In this document: positions 16,150-24,007 of the stretch, in pieces
Layout: each line of letters opens with the position of its first letter
How positions within the stretch are numbered: the stretch's first letter is position 1
Source of the DNA: Arthrobacter sp. A5
Lineage (GTDB): Bacteria > Actinomycetota > Actinomycetes > Actinomycetales > Micrococcaceae
DNA length: 32,000 nt
Direction: 5' to 3'
Assembly (NCBI RefSeq): GCF_051131705.1
Contig: NZ_CP180316.1
Span: 1,276,158 to 1,308,157, forward strand
Position numbers and translations under genes: made by a program
Notes under the pieces: model-generated
The model's input: the letters and a program-made list of their open reading frames with translations, nothing else
What the model was told of the DNA's origin: nothing
Databases searched by the model: none

Positions 16150-17180
16150 GAAGCCGTCCTGGCAGGGATGGCCACGGAGGTAACGCCGCCGCGAACGAGC
16201 AGCGGTAGGGGATCCAGATGCATTGCCTTGTCTTCCAGACAGGCACCGGCCATCCGGACATCAAAATGGGCCCGGCAGGTGGGGCAGCGCAGCAGCCCGC
16301 CGCCGGTGGGGGCTGCAAGGGCGCGCTGCAACGACGCCCCGGCCATGGACTTCGTGCACCGTGGGCAGTAGTCCAAGTAAGCGAAAATATCCTCGCCGAT
16401 CCGGCAGGCCAGCACCTGGGCTCCACCGATCAGGAAGCCGGCCACCTCGCCGGCCTGCAGTCCGGCAAGCTCCGCCGCCGCCTCCCATGAACCACCTGCT
16501 GGACCCGGAACGGACCGTCCGGCCTGTAGATCCTTTTCTGCCTGTTGATCCAGGCGCATCCGCAGCGCATTCACCGGAATGACCGCAGGGGACTGGGCGG
16601 ACTCCTCCTCCGCCACCTGGATCGATGTCACTTCGGGGGCCGCCGTTTCAATGGCATCCTCGACAGCAAGCTTGAGTGTCACGGACGAGGACGGGCAGCC
16701 GTGGCAGCTCCCCAGCAGGCGGAGGCTCACCACCCCGTCCGCGCTGATGCCCAGCAGCTCCACGTCGCCCCCATGGGATCCAAGGTACGGCCGGACACTA
16801 TCCAGCGCCGCGGCGACTCTGGTTGGCAAGTCCTGTGGATGCAGACCGTGGACCAGCAGCAGACCTGAGATCAGCTCGTCTTTGATCAGGGCCTCCAGTG
16901 TGCCGTCCGTTTCGCCTCCCCGGGCCGAAATGACGTCCAGCACGCGTTCCAGCCCGGCGCCGTAGAGATCCGTAACTTGCCGGACCAGTTCCTCGGCGCG
17001 CTCGCGGGCCACCGAACCACCGGAGGACAGGGCGTCCAACAGCGTTCCGATCCGTTCGCCAGAGTTCCGCAGCTGGTCCCCGCCGGACCGGGCCGCAGGC
17101 ACCGGCGCCGCGGCCCACGGTGCGGCGGCCGCAGGAGCTACGGCTTCACTTGGCTCCAGCAAACCGTTCTGCGCGTTCAT
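16146..17180 (-). CDS. hhyE: Hydrogenase-associated putative Fe-S protein (NifU-like domain plus Rieske-like C-terminal domain)
   Basis: NifU-type CxxC block LLGSCHGCPSSSVTLK. C-terminal Rieske-fold-like segment ACRIGEDIFAYLDYCPRC...LRCPTCRAHFDVRMAG. It sits immediately downstream of hhyL, like mycobacterial HhyE. Confidence 0.7.
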   Translation of the reverse strand: MNAQNGLLEPSEAVAPAAAAPWAAAPVPAARSGGDQLRNSGERIGTLLDALSSGGSVARERAEELVRQVTDLYGAGLERVLDVISARGGETDGTLEALIKDELISGLLLVHGLHPQDLPTRVAAALDSVRPYLGSHGGDVELLGISADGVVSLRLLGSCHGCPSSSVTLKLAVEDAIETAAPEVTSIQVAEEESAQSPAVIPVNALRMRLDQQAEKDLQAGRSVPGPAGGSWEAAAELAGLQAGEVAGFLIGGAQVLACRIGEDIFAYLDYCPRCTKSMAGASLQRALAAPTGGGLLRCPTCRAHFDVRMAGACLEDKAMHLDPLPLLVRGGVTSVAIPARTAS

Positions 17181-17186
17181 GGCAAG

Positions 17187-18980
17187 TCATTCCCCGGTGA
17201 GGGACTGCGTGGGGGAGTGCAGCATATCCAAGGATTTACCCTCGCCCAAATACATGTGCACGCCGCAGGGCAGGCAAGGGTCGAAGCTACGGACCGTGCG
17301 CATGATGTCGATCCCCTTGAAATTCTCCCGATCGTTTTCTTCAAAGATGGGCTGACCCTGCACCGCGTCTTCATAGGGCCCCGGGGTTCCGGAGGCATCA
17401 CGCGGACTGGCGTTCCACGGTGTCGGCGGATAAGGATGGTAATTGGCGATCTTTCCGTCGCGGATCACCATGTGGTGCGAAAGAACGCCGCGGACCGCTT
17501 CGGTGAAGCCGCAGCTGACAGCCTCGTCCGGGACCTCAAACGATTCCCACGTCTTGGTCCGCCCGGCACGGACTTCCTCGAGCGCCTTTTCTGCGAAATG
17601 CAGGGCAGCTGCCGCGGCATACGCCTGGAAATAGGTGCGGGCCCGGTTGCGCTCGAGTGTGTTGCTCCATTGCGGGATCTTCCATTCGAGGGACACGGGT
17701 CCCTTGAGCGCCGTTTTCGGCAGGTTGATCTCCACGCTGTGTCCGGTGGATTTGATGTAGCCGATATCGACCAGCCCCGCCAGCGCCGTTGACCAGAGCC
17801 GTGCGAGCGGGCCACCACCGGTATCCAGCGCCAGATTGCCTTGCCCGTCGAACCAGCGCGGCGACATCACCCAGCTGTACTTGTCCTCCAGATCCCGCTT
17901 TTGCGGGAGCGGGTTGGTGTGCTGGTTCCACGGATGACGCCGGTCCACCGGGTTGCCCAGCGGATCATTCTTGACGAACATTTCCTGGTCATTCCAGTCC
18001 TCATAGTAGGAGGAGCCAAGCATGATCCGGATGCCGAGGTTGATCCGCACGAGATCCGTGGTGACCAGTTTTCCGTCGACGACGACGCCCGGGGTGACGA
18101 ACATCTTCCGGCCCCAGTCTGTCATGTCCTTGTAGGCGAAGTTGCAGAATTCCGGGTCCTGGAAGGAGCCCCAACACCCCAGCAGCGTCCGCCGCAGCCC
18201 GACCTGCTCATAGCCGGGAAGCGCGTCGTAGAAGAAATTGAAGAGGTCGTCGTGCATGGGTACGACCTTCTTCATGAATTCCACGTAGCGCATCAACCGG
18301 GTGATGTAGTCCGTCATCAGCTGGATCGTGGCGACGGTGCCGACTCCGCCCGGATAGAGCGTGGAGGGGTGTACGTGGCGACCCTCCATGAGGCAGAACA
18401 TTTCCCGGGTGAGCCTGCTGACCTGCAGCGCCTCGCGGTAAAACTCGCCGGTAAATGGATTCAGCGAGCGCATGATGTCCGCGATGGTCCGATAGCCGTG
18501 TTCGCCTTCATGCGGGGCGCGGGTGTTTTCCGCCTTGGCCAGCACACCCGGGTTGGTTTCGGAGACCATTTTTTCGCAGTAGTCCACGCCGACCAGGTTC
18601 TCCTGGAAGATATTATGATCGAACATGTACTCCGCGGCTTCGCCCAAATTGACGATCCATTCGCCAAGATGTGGGGGCTTTACCCCATAGGCCATGTTTT
18701 GCGCGTAGCAGGAGCACGTGGCGTGATTGTCCCCGCAGATCCCGCAGATCCGGCTGGTGATGAAGTGCGCGTCCCGCGGATCCTTGCCGCGCATAAAGAT
18801 CGAGTAGCCGCGGAAGATCGATGAGGTGCTGTGGCACTCCACGACTTCCTTGTTTTTGAAATCGATTTTGGTATAAATGCCAAGGCTGCCCACGATCCGC
18901 GTGATGGGGTCCCAAGCCATCTCCACCAGTGAGTCGTCTGCGGTGCTGCCCTGTGCGGGTAATGGAATCGTGGAGGTCAT
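17187..18980 (-). CDS. hhyL: [NiFe]-hydrogenase large subunit, group 1h (high-affinity, actinobacterial type)
   Basis: N-terminal Ni-Fe ligand motif TSRICGICGDNH and C-terminal SFDPCLPCGVH, followed by a cleavable tail MYLGEGKSLDMLHSPTQSLTGE. About 597 aa. These are the signatures I know for group 5/1h enzymes. Confidence 0.9.
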   Translation of the reverse strand: MTSTIPLPAQGSTADDSLVEMAWDPITRIVGSLGIYTKIDFKNKEVVECHSTSSIFRGYSIFMRGKDPRDAHFITSRICGICGDNHATCSCYAQNMAYGVKPPHLGEWIVNLGEAAEYMFDHNIFQENLVGVDYCEKMVSETNPGVLAKAENTRAPHEGEHGYRTIADIMRSLNPFTGEFYREALQVSRLTREMFCLMEGRHVHPSTLYPGGVGTVATIQLMTDYITRLMRYVEFMKKVVPMHDDLFNFFYDALPGYEQVGLRRTLLGCWGSFQDPEFCNFAYKDMTDWGRKMFVTPGVVVDGKLVTTDLVRINLGIRIMLGSSYYEDWNDQEMFVKNDPLGNPVDRRHPWNQHTNPLPQKRDLEDKYSWVMSPRWFDGQGNLALDTGGGPLARLWSTALAGLVDIGYIKSTGHSVEINLPKTALKGPVSLEWKIPQWSNTLERNRARTYFQAYAAAAALHFAEKALEEVRAGRTKTWESFEVPDEAVSCGFTEAVRGVLSHHMVIRDGKIANYHPYPPTPWNASPRDASGTPGPYEDAVQGQPIFEENDRENFKGIDIMRTVRSFDPCLPCGVHMYLGEGKSLDMLHSPTQSLTGE

Positions 18981-19007
18981 TGCCTCTGCCTCTTTCTCAT
19001 GCCGTTC

Positions 19008-20066
19008 TTACCAGGTACGGGTGGCGCCTGTAAGCAGTTCGCGGCCGGTCCTGCGCCAGCGTGGTTCCTTATCAAGGGTGTTCATGGTGATGTGCCGCAG
19101 AGTCCGGACGGCAGCGCCGTACGGCCGCACGGCGTTGGTTGAGAGAATGCCGCCAGGAGGCTCGTCCATGAACGGCATGAACTTATCCGGGAAACCTGGC
19201 ATGGTGCAGCCTATGCAGATGCCGCCGACGTTCGGACACCCCCCAATTCCATTCATCCAGCCGCGTTTGGGAACATTGCATTTAACCACCGGGCCCCAAC
19301 AGCCCAGCTTCACAATGCACTTCGGGGAGCCGTATTCGGTGGCAAAATCACCCTGCTCGTAGTACCCCGCCCGGTCACACCCCTCGTGCACGGTCCGGCC
19401 GAATAGCCACGTCGGCCGCAGCGCGTCGTCCAAGGGGATCATCGGTGCCTGTCCGGTCGCCTGATAGAGCAGATAGGTGATGGTTTCGGAGAGATTGTCC
19501 GGCTGGATCGGGCATCCCGGAACACAGACAATCGGTATCCCGGCCTTGGATTTCCAGTCGTAACCGAGGTAATCGGGAACGCCCATCGCGCCGGTGGGGT
19601 TACCTGCCATGGCATGGATCCCGCCGTAGGCAGCGCACGTACCGGCGGCAATAATCGCAGTTGCCTTCGGCGCGAGGCGGTCCAGCCACTCGCTTGTCGT
19701 GATGGGTTGTCCGGTTTCCAGATCATTTCCGAATCCGGACCAGTATCCGCCCACGTCGTGCAGTTTCTCGTTGGGAATGGAACCCTCTACAACGAGGACA
19801 AAAGGCTCCAATTCCCCTCGGTCCGCCTTGCGGAACCACTCAAGGAAGTCATCAGCGCCCTCCTGCGGGCCGCATTCGAAATCAATGAGCGGCCAGTGCA
19901 TGGCAATCTTCGGCAGGCCGGGCAGGGCACCGAGAGCGATTTCCTCCACGCTGGGCTGCGTTGCCGCGGTCAGTGCCACCGAGTCGCCATCGCAGCTGAG
20001 CCCTGCATTGATCCACAAAACATGTATAAGCGCTTCTTCGGCCTTAATCGAAGCTTCTGTAGGCAT
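19008..20066 (-). CDS. hhyS: [NiFe]-hydrogenase small subunit, group 1h, no Tat signal
   Basis: Fe-S ligand blocks LSCDGDS, GTCAAYGG, CVPGCP, GCDRAG, KLGCWGPVVKCNVP and CPNVGGICIGCTMPGF. The N-terminus MPTEASIKAEE lacks an RRxF twin-arginine motif. Confidence 0.9.
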   Translation of the reverse strand: MPTEASIKAEEALIHVLWINAGLSCDGDSVALTAATQPSVEEIALGALPGLPKIAMHWPLIDFECGPQEGADDFLEWFRKADRGELEPFVLVVEGSIPNEKLHDVGGYWSGFGNDLETGQPITTSEWLDRLAPKATAIIAAGTCAAYGGIHAMAGNPTGAMGVPDYLGYDWKSKAGIPIVCVPGCPIQPDNLSETITYLLYQATGQAPMIPLDDALRPTWLFGRTVHEGCDRAGYYEQGDFATEYGSPKCIVKLGCWGPVVKCNVPKRGWMNGIGGCPNVGGICIGCTMPGFPDKFMPFMDEPPGGILSTNAVRPYGAAVRTLRHITMNTLDKEPRWRRTGRELLTGATRTW

Positions 20067-20127
20067 CGTTGCCTCCTTTGAGAGTCCTGCTCATCCGAGC
20101 CGGGCCCATTATGCGTATGTCTGCACC

Positions 20128-21021
20128 TCAGACACGGACGCCATCCGGTAGAGTAGCGGCGCCCGCGCGCACCGCCGGAGCATTAGCATTTTTCATCAGC
20201 CAGTCGTACCAACCGTCCAGGCCTACGCCCGTCGTGGCGGAAACGGAGAGCATCTCGACGCGTGGATTCAGTTGCCGTGCCTGGCGGAGGCATTGATCCA
20301 CGTCGAATTCAACATAAGGCAGTAGATCCGACTTATTGATAATCACGAGATCTGCTGCCATAAACATGTGCGGATACTTTTGCGGCTTATCATCACCCTC
20401 CGTGACGGAAATAATTACTACTTTGGCTGTTTCGCCGAGATCAAAAAGCGCCGGACAGACCAAATTTCCGACATTTTCAATGAAGAGCGTTGATCCCTGC
20501 TCCGGATTCAACGCGTCGAGCCCCCGTCGGAGCATATCGGCGTCCAGATGGCAGCCGGCTCCGGTGTTAATCTGAACGGCCGGACGCCCGGCGGTGCGGA
20601 TGCGGTCGGCGTCCAGCGACGTCTCCTGGTCGCCTTCGATGACGGCGATGTTAAGCCTGCTTCCCAGTTCTTCAATGGTGCGCACCAGCAGGGTTGTCTT
20701 GCCCGCTCCGGGGGAACTCATCACATTGAATGCCTGGATGCCGCGTCCCTCCAGCCAGCCCCGGTTCCGCGCCGCCAGCAGATCGTTCTTGGCGAGCAGG
20801 CTTTGCTCCAGCGCGATCGTGGCCACCGGAGCATGGCTGTGCGCCTGCCCACTCTCGTGCACGTGATCGTGGCCACCATCGTGCGCGTGGTCGTGCGGAT
20901 GCTGCCGGCCGCCGTCGTGCAGATGCTGGTGATCGAGAACCGGTTCCGGGGACGCACCGCTGCCGTCCCCGGTTGACACCCGGACTCCGACGTCGTCGCT
21001 GCAACCGCAGGTAGCGCACAT
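20128..21021 (-). CDS. hypB: Hydrogenase nickel-incorporation GTPase HypB with a His-rich N-terminal region
   Basis: MCATCGC N-terminus, a His-rich stretch HQHLHDGGRQHPHDHAHDGGHDHVH, P-loop SSPGAGKTTLL, and NKSDL. Confidence 0.9.
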   Translation of the reverse strand: MCATCGCSDDVGVRVSTGDGSGASPEPVLDHQHLHDGGRQHPHDHAHDGGHDHVHESGQAHSHAPVATIALEQSLLAKNDLLAARNRGWLEGRGIQAFNVMSSPGAGKTTLLVRTIEELGSRLNIAVIEGDQETSLDADRIRTAGRPAVQINTGAGCHLDADMLRRGLDALNPEQGSTLFIENVGNLVCPALFDLGETAKVVIISVTEGDDKPQKYPHMFMAADLVIINKSDLLPYVEFDVDQCLRQARQLNPRVEMLSVSATTGVGLDGWYDWLMKNANAPAVRAGAATLPDGVRV

Positions 21022-21023
21022 TT

Positions 21024-21353
21024 TTACCCCACTTCCACGGAAGCAAGCATCAGCTCGCGGCCGCCCGTAATTTCAACGTCGGCGCTGCCACAGGTGCACA
21101 GCGGGATCGTATCCGGGAGAATGAAACTCTGCCGGCACGTGTGACAGGTGGCCCGGCCCGCTGGCTCATCGATTCGCAGATCCGCCCCGGCCAGCGGGGT
21201 TCCCTCGGCCAGCAGCTGGAAGCAGAACCGCAGGGCATCCGGCAGAACTCCGCTGAGCCGCCCGATTCGCAGGTTCACGCCGGTGACAGTGCGATCGCCG
21301 GTGCAGTCGAGCACCGCGTCAACCAGGCTTTGGGTAATGGAGAGTTCGTGCAT
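21024..21353 (-). CDS. hypA: Hydrogenase nickel-insertion protein HypA
   Basis: Canonical MHELSI N-terminus with GAGGTGG 8 nt upstream. Zn motif CHTC...CTCGS. The ATG at 21389 gives a non-canonical 12-aa extension. Confidence 0.85.
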   Translation of the reverse strand: MHELSITQSLVDAVLDCTGDRTVTGVNLRIGRLSGVLPDALRFCFQLLAEGTPLAGADLRIDEPAGRATCHTCRQSFILPDTIPLCTCGSADVEITGGRELMLASVEVG

Positions 21354-21376
21354 GGGCTTTGCCACCTCGTGACAAC

Positions 21377-21405
21377 AATGTAGGCTCATGGGCCGTTAAC
21401 CGCAA
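21377..21405 (-). promoter_or_regulatory. Candidate sigma-A type promoter for hypA-hypB-hhy
   Basis: The minus strand reads TTGCGG (21405-21400), a 17-nt spacer, then TACATT (21382-21377). This is followed by the RBS GAGGTGG and the hypA ATG at 21353. The -35 lies inside the proximal 17-bp tandem-repeat unit. Confidence 0.35.
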
Positions 21406-21478
21406 TAGGTTCCGAACCGCAATAGGTTCCGGCGGCCTGTGCAGCGCACTCTGATCCGGCGGTCTGTGCAGTGCACTC
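21398..21478. repeat. Two pairs of direct repeats upstream of hypA
   Basis: aaccgcaataggttccg twice, perfect and adjacent (21398-21414, 21415-21431). ccggcggYctgtgcagYgcactc twice (21429-21451, 21456-21478; 2 mismatches). Each copy of the second repeat holds a GTGC(A)-N-(T)GCAC palindrome. Confidence 0.85.
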
Positions 21479-21506
21479 GGGTGTGCTACGGAGCACACCC
21501 GAGTGC
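21473..21506 (-). terminator. Perfect 15-bp stem / 4-nt loop hairpin 20 nt downstream of the hoxN stop
   Basis: gcactcgggtgtgct acgg agcacacccgagtgc. GC-rich stem with no clear U-tract on the transcribed strand, so it may be a terminator, attenuator or RNA-stability element. Confidence 0.45.
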
Positions 21507-21525
21507 GGTACGGAAGGGTGCGCCG

Positions 21526-22662
21526 TCAGGAGTCGACGTCGGGCGGGGTTGGACGCCGCAGCGCTGCGGTCCACTTATCTTCGATCCGACCGAACTTCCA
21601 AGTGCCGACGGCGATGATCCAGGCCAGCACAAAAATCGCCACGATGGCGTAGCCGACGTTGTTCAGATCCAGCCCCCCGATAGCCGCCAGCGGTCCGGAG
21701 TGGATCCCGGTTCTGTCGACCAGAATGGAGATGAGCTCGATCGACCCGATAATCAGCGCTACGGCAACGGAAAGCCCGGTGATGACGAGGTTGTAGTAGA
21801 TCTTGCGGACGGGTTTCGAGAACGCCCAACCATAGGCAAAGTTCATGAAGCACCCGTCCAGCGCATCCAAGAGGCTCATTCCGGCAGCGAAGAGAACCGG
21901 CAGGGTCAGAATGGCGTACCAGGGCAGCGAAAGCGCTGCCGCACCGCCGGCCAGCACCAGCAGGGAAACTTCCGTGGCCGTATCGAAACCCAGACCGAAC
22001 AACAGACCGACGACGTACATTTGCCAGGGCCGGGTGACGAGCCGGTTCACGCCGCCGAACAGCCGGTTCATTAGGCCTCGATTGTTGAGCTGGTGTTCCA
22101 GCGCCGGCTCATCGAACTGGCCCTGCCGCATACGGCGGAAGATTTTCACGATGCCCAGCAGGATCACCAGGTTGATGATCCCGATGATGTAAAGAAAGAT
22201 CCCGGAGACACCGGTCCCGATGAGTCCAAGCACCGTGTGCAGGGTAGAGGAATCGGCGTCCACCTGACCGGCCAAGGTATGCATGCCCAGAGCCAGCAGG
22301 AAGCACAGTCCGAAGACTATGCTCGAATGGCCCAGGGAAAACCAGAACCCCACGGAAAGTGGCCTCTTCCCGTCGTTCATCAGCTTGCGCGTGGTGTTGT
22401 CAATGGCGGCAATATGATCAGCGTCGAAGGCATGCCGCAGGCCCAAGGTATAAGCGGTGACCCCCAGCCCCAGCCCGAAAACCCCCGCCTGACCCGTCTG
22501 TCGATGTGCCGGTTCCACAATGCCGGCCAGCACCCCCCAACCCACCAGGTGCAGGAGTGCCACGAACCCCGCCATCGAGGCGATCGAACCCCACTCTCGG
22601 AGGGTCAGGGCCCTCCGGATGCGGCTGATCCGGGACCCTGCGGCTCGTTCAAGGGTGCTCAT
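21526..22662 (-). CDS. hoxN: Nickel/cobalt permease, NiCoT (HoxN/HupN/NixA) family
   Basis: NiCoT signature RHAFDADHIAAIDNTTRKL and the second block FSLGHSS. About 8 TM segments. Conservative ATG start at 22662; an in-frame GTG at 22773 would add a 37-aa Cys/His-rich extension. Confidence 0.85.
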   Translation of the reverse strand: MSTLERAAGSRISRIRRALTLREWGSIASMAGFVALLHLVGWGVLAGIVEPAHRQTGQAGVFGLGLGVTAYTLGLRHAFDADHIAAIDNTTRKLMNDGKRPLSVGFWFSLGHSSIVFGLCFLLALGMHTLAGQVDADSSTLHTVLGLIGTGVSGIFLYIIGIINLVILLGIVKIFRRMRQGQFDEPALEHQLNNRGLMNRLFGGVNRLVTRPWQMYVVGLLFGLGFDTATEVSLLVLAGGAAALSLPWYAILTLPVLFAAGMSLLDALDGCFMNFAYGWAFSKPVRKIYYNLVITGLSVAVALIIGSIELISILVDRTGIHSGPLAAIGGLDLNNVGYAIVAIFVLAWIIAVGTWKFGRIEDKWTAALRRPTPPDVDS

Positions 22663-22711
22663 CTGCTCGTTTTCATGGTGCGTTGTCTCCCCACGCCCGT
22701 CGGCCAGATGT

Positions 22712-23419
22712 TCACGGCCGTGCCGGTGATGGTCGGGTGGCGAACGCGAGCCGCAGGTAGGGCAGGTACTCACGCCCGATGACGGCGGTTAGCAGCCGAC
22801 CGTCAAGGTCGGCGGCCAATCCGAGCACGTGGGGATCCGAGTCGACCCGCAGGCCCACGACATCCGCACCACCGACGGAAACCGGATAGCCGTGCTCAAT
22901 ACTGTCCTCGGACGCCGGATCGATGAGTTCGCCGGGAAACCCGCCGTGGACGCGTACGTCACGGTACGTGTTTCTCACGATGTAGTTGATGTGTTCGACC
23001 AACGCCAGCTCCGGAGTGTGCCGGGTGTATCCGTCATGCCCCTGGACTTCGCTGATGTGAGTCGTGCGCACTGCATCCCACAGCAGCGGGTAACACATCC
23101 TGGCACGCCACCGGCTGATCCACTCCGGCAGCGGCCACGGCGGCTCCGCGTCGAGGGCTGCCCGCATCTCCTCAGTAAGGTCCACGAGGTTGGCGGGATC
23201 GTCGCGATCGGACGGGTTACGCCACAACGTATATGACAGCGTTGCTGCTTCCATCACCGGTTGATGATCCTGCGTTTGAGATGATATGCCGGCGCTCGCT
23301 TCCTCGACTGAGTCCTGGGCGGCGAGCGTCAGCAACGGCACGGCAAAACCAGCGGCAATTTCATCCGGTGTCGGCGGCTCCGGAGCATCGGACGGACGCC
23401 GGCTGCGATCGAGGAACAT
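22712..23419 (-). CDS. Hypothetical protein, no recognised domain
   Basis: Long ORF with coding-like GC3. The ATG at 23419 is preceded by GGAG; the longest ORF starts at TTG 23455. It lies directly upstream of hoxN on the same strand. Confidence 0.55.
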   Translation of the reverse strand: MFLDRSRRPSDAPEPPTPDEIAAGFAVPLLTLAAQDSVEEASAGISSQTQDHQPVMEAATLSYTLWRNPSDRDDPANLVDLTEEMRAALDAEPPWPLPEWISRWRARMCYPLLWDAVRTTHISEVQGHDGYTRHTPELALVEHINYIVRNTYRDVRVHGGFPGELIDPASEDSIEHGYPVSVGGADVVGLRVDSDPHVLGLAADLDGRLLTAVIGREYLPYLRLAFATRPSPARP

Positions 23420-23458
23420 GTAGCAACTCTGCTCCTGCCATCGTTCAAGATGCAATGC

Positions 23459-23897
23459 TCAGTGCCGACAACCTGGTGACGTCAGCCTGTTTCCCCGGGA
23501 CGGGGAGGACACCCCTGTCCCAGCTACAGCCCCGTGATATGGCTTTGAGGCGGGGCTCAGATATTCCTGCAGCGCAACCCGCACGATTTCGCTCGGCTTG
23601 CGCCGCTCCTCTGCGGAGCGGGCGAGGAGTTGGGCGTCAAGTTCTTTCGGAAGCCTGATGGACCGCGAGGGGGGGTGCCTTCCTTGCTTATCGACGGTTT
23701 GCCGACAGCGCGTTTTACCGCGGCAGAAGACCCAAGAGCGGCTTCCAACAGGGCCAGCCCTGCCCCGTCACCGCGGGTCTTGGATATTCGCGCGTCGGGT
23801 CCGATCTCGGCTGTTTCAGCCCAAGTAACAACGGCGTGGTACCGGGCCTGATTTTCCGTACCTGCCCCTCGTCGCCCCTGCCATTTTGGGTGTTCAT
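23459..23897 (-). pseudogene. Frameshifted ribbon-helix-helix (CopG-type) antitoxin-like gene
   Basis: The RHH segment SRSIRLPKELDAQLLARSAEERRKPSEIVRVALQEYL is in a frame with no start codon. The matching N-terminal part ..YHAVVTWAETAEIGPDA..LLEAALGSSAAVKRAVGKPSISKEGTPP is in another frame. The two meet at a C7 run on the coding strand (plus-strand G7, 23669-23675). The only ATG coupled to the upstream ORF (23897) is in the third frame. Confidence 0.6.
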
Positions 23898-24007
23898 TCG
23901 CCCGTTCCCCTTTCAGCTATGTCAATGATCTTTCGCGGGGCCTCCAAGACGTGGAAGATGAGAATGTCAGCCGGCGGGCAGATGGTGGCCATCACTTCAA
24001 GCGTCAT
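23894..24007 (-). pseudogene. Possible toxin gene remnant (RelE/ParE-like C-terminal fragment)
   Basis: Short ORF ..MTLEVMATICPPADILIFHVLEAPRKIIDIAERGTGE. Its TGA overlaps the ATG at 23897 (ATGA), as in toxin-antitoxin pairs. The upstream frames are broken by stops. Family assignment is weak. Confidence 0.3.

Noticed and set aside
17841-18824. 327-aa plus-strand ORF inside the hydrogenase large-subunit region
   Set aside because: It is antisense to hhyL, which carries unambiguous Ni-Fe ligand motifs. It is a shadow ORF.
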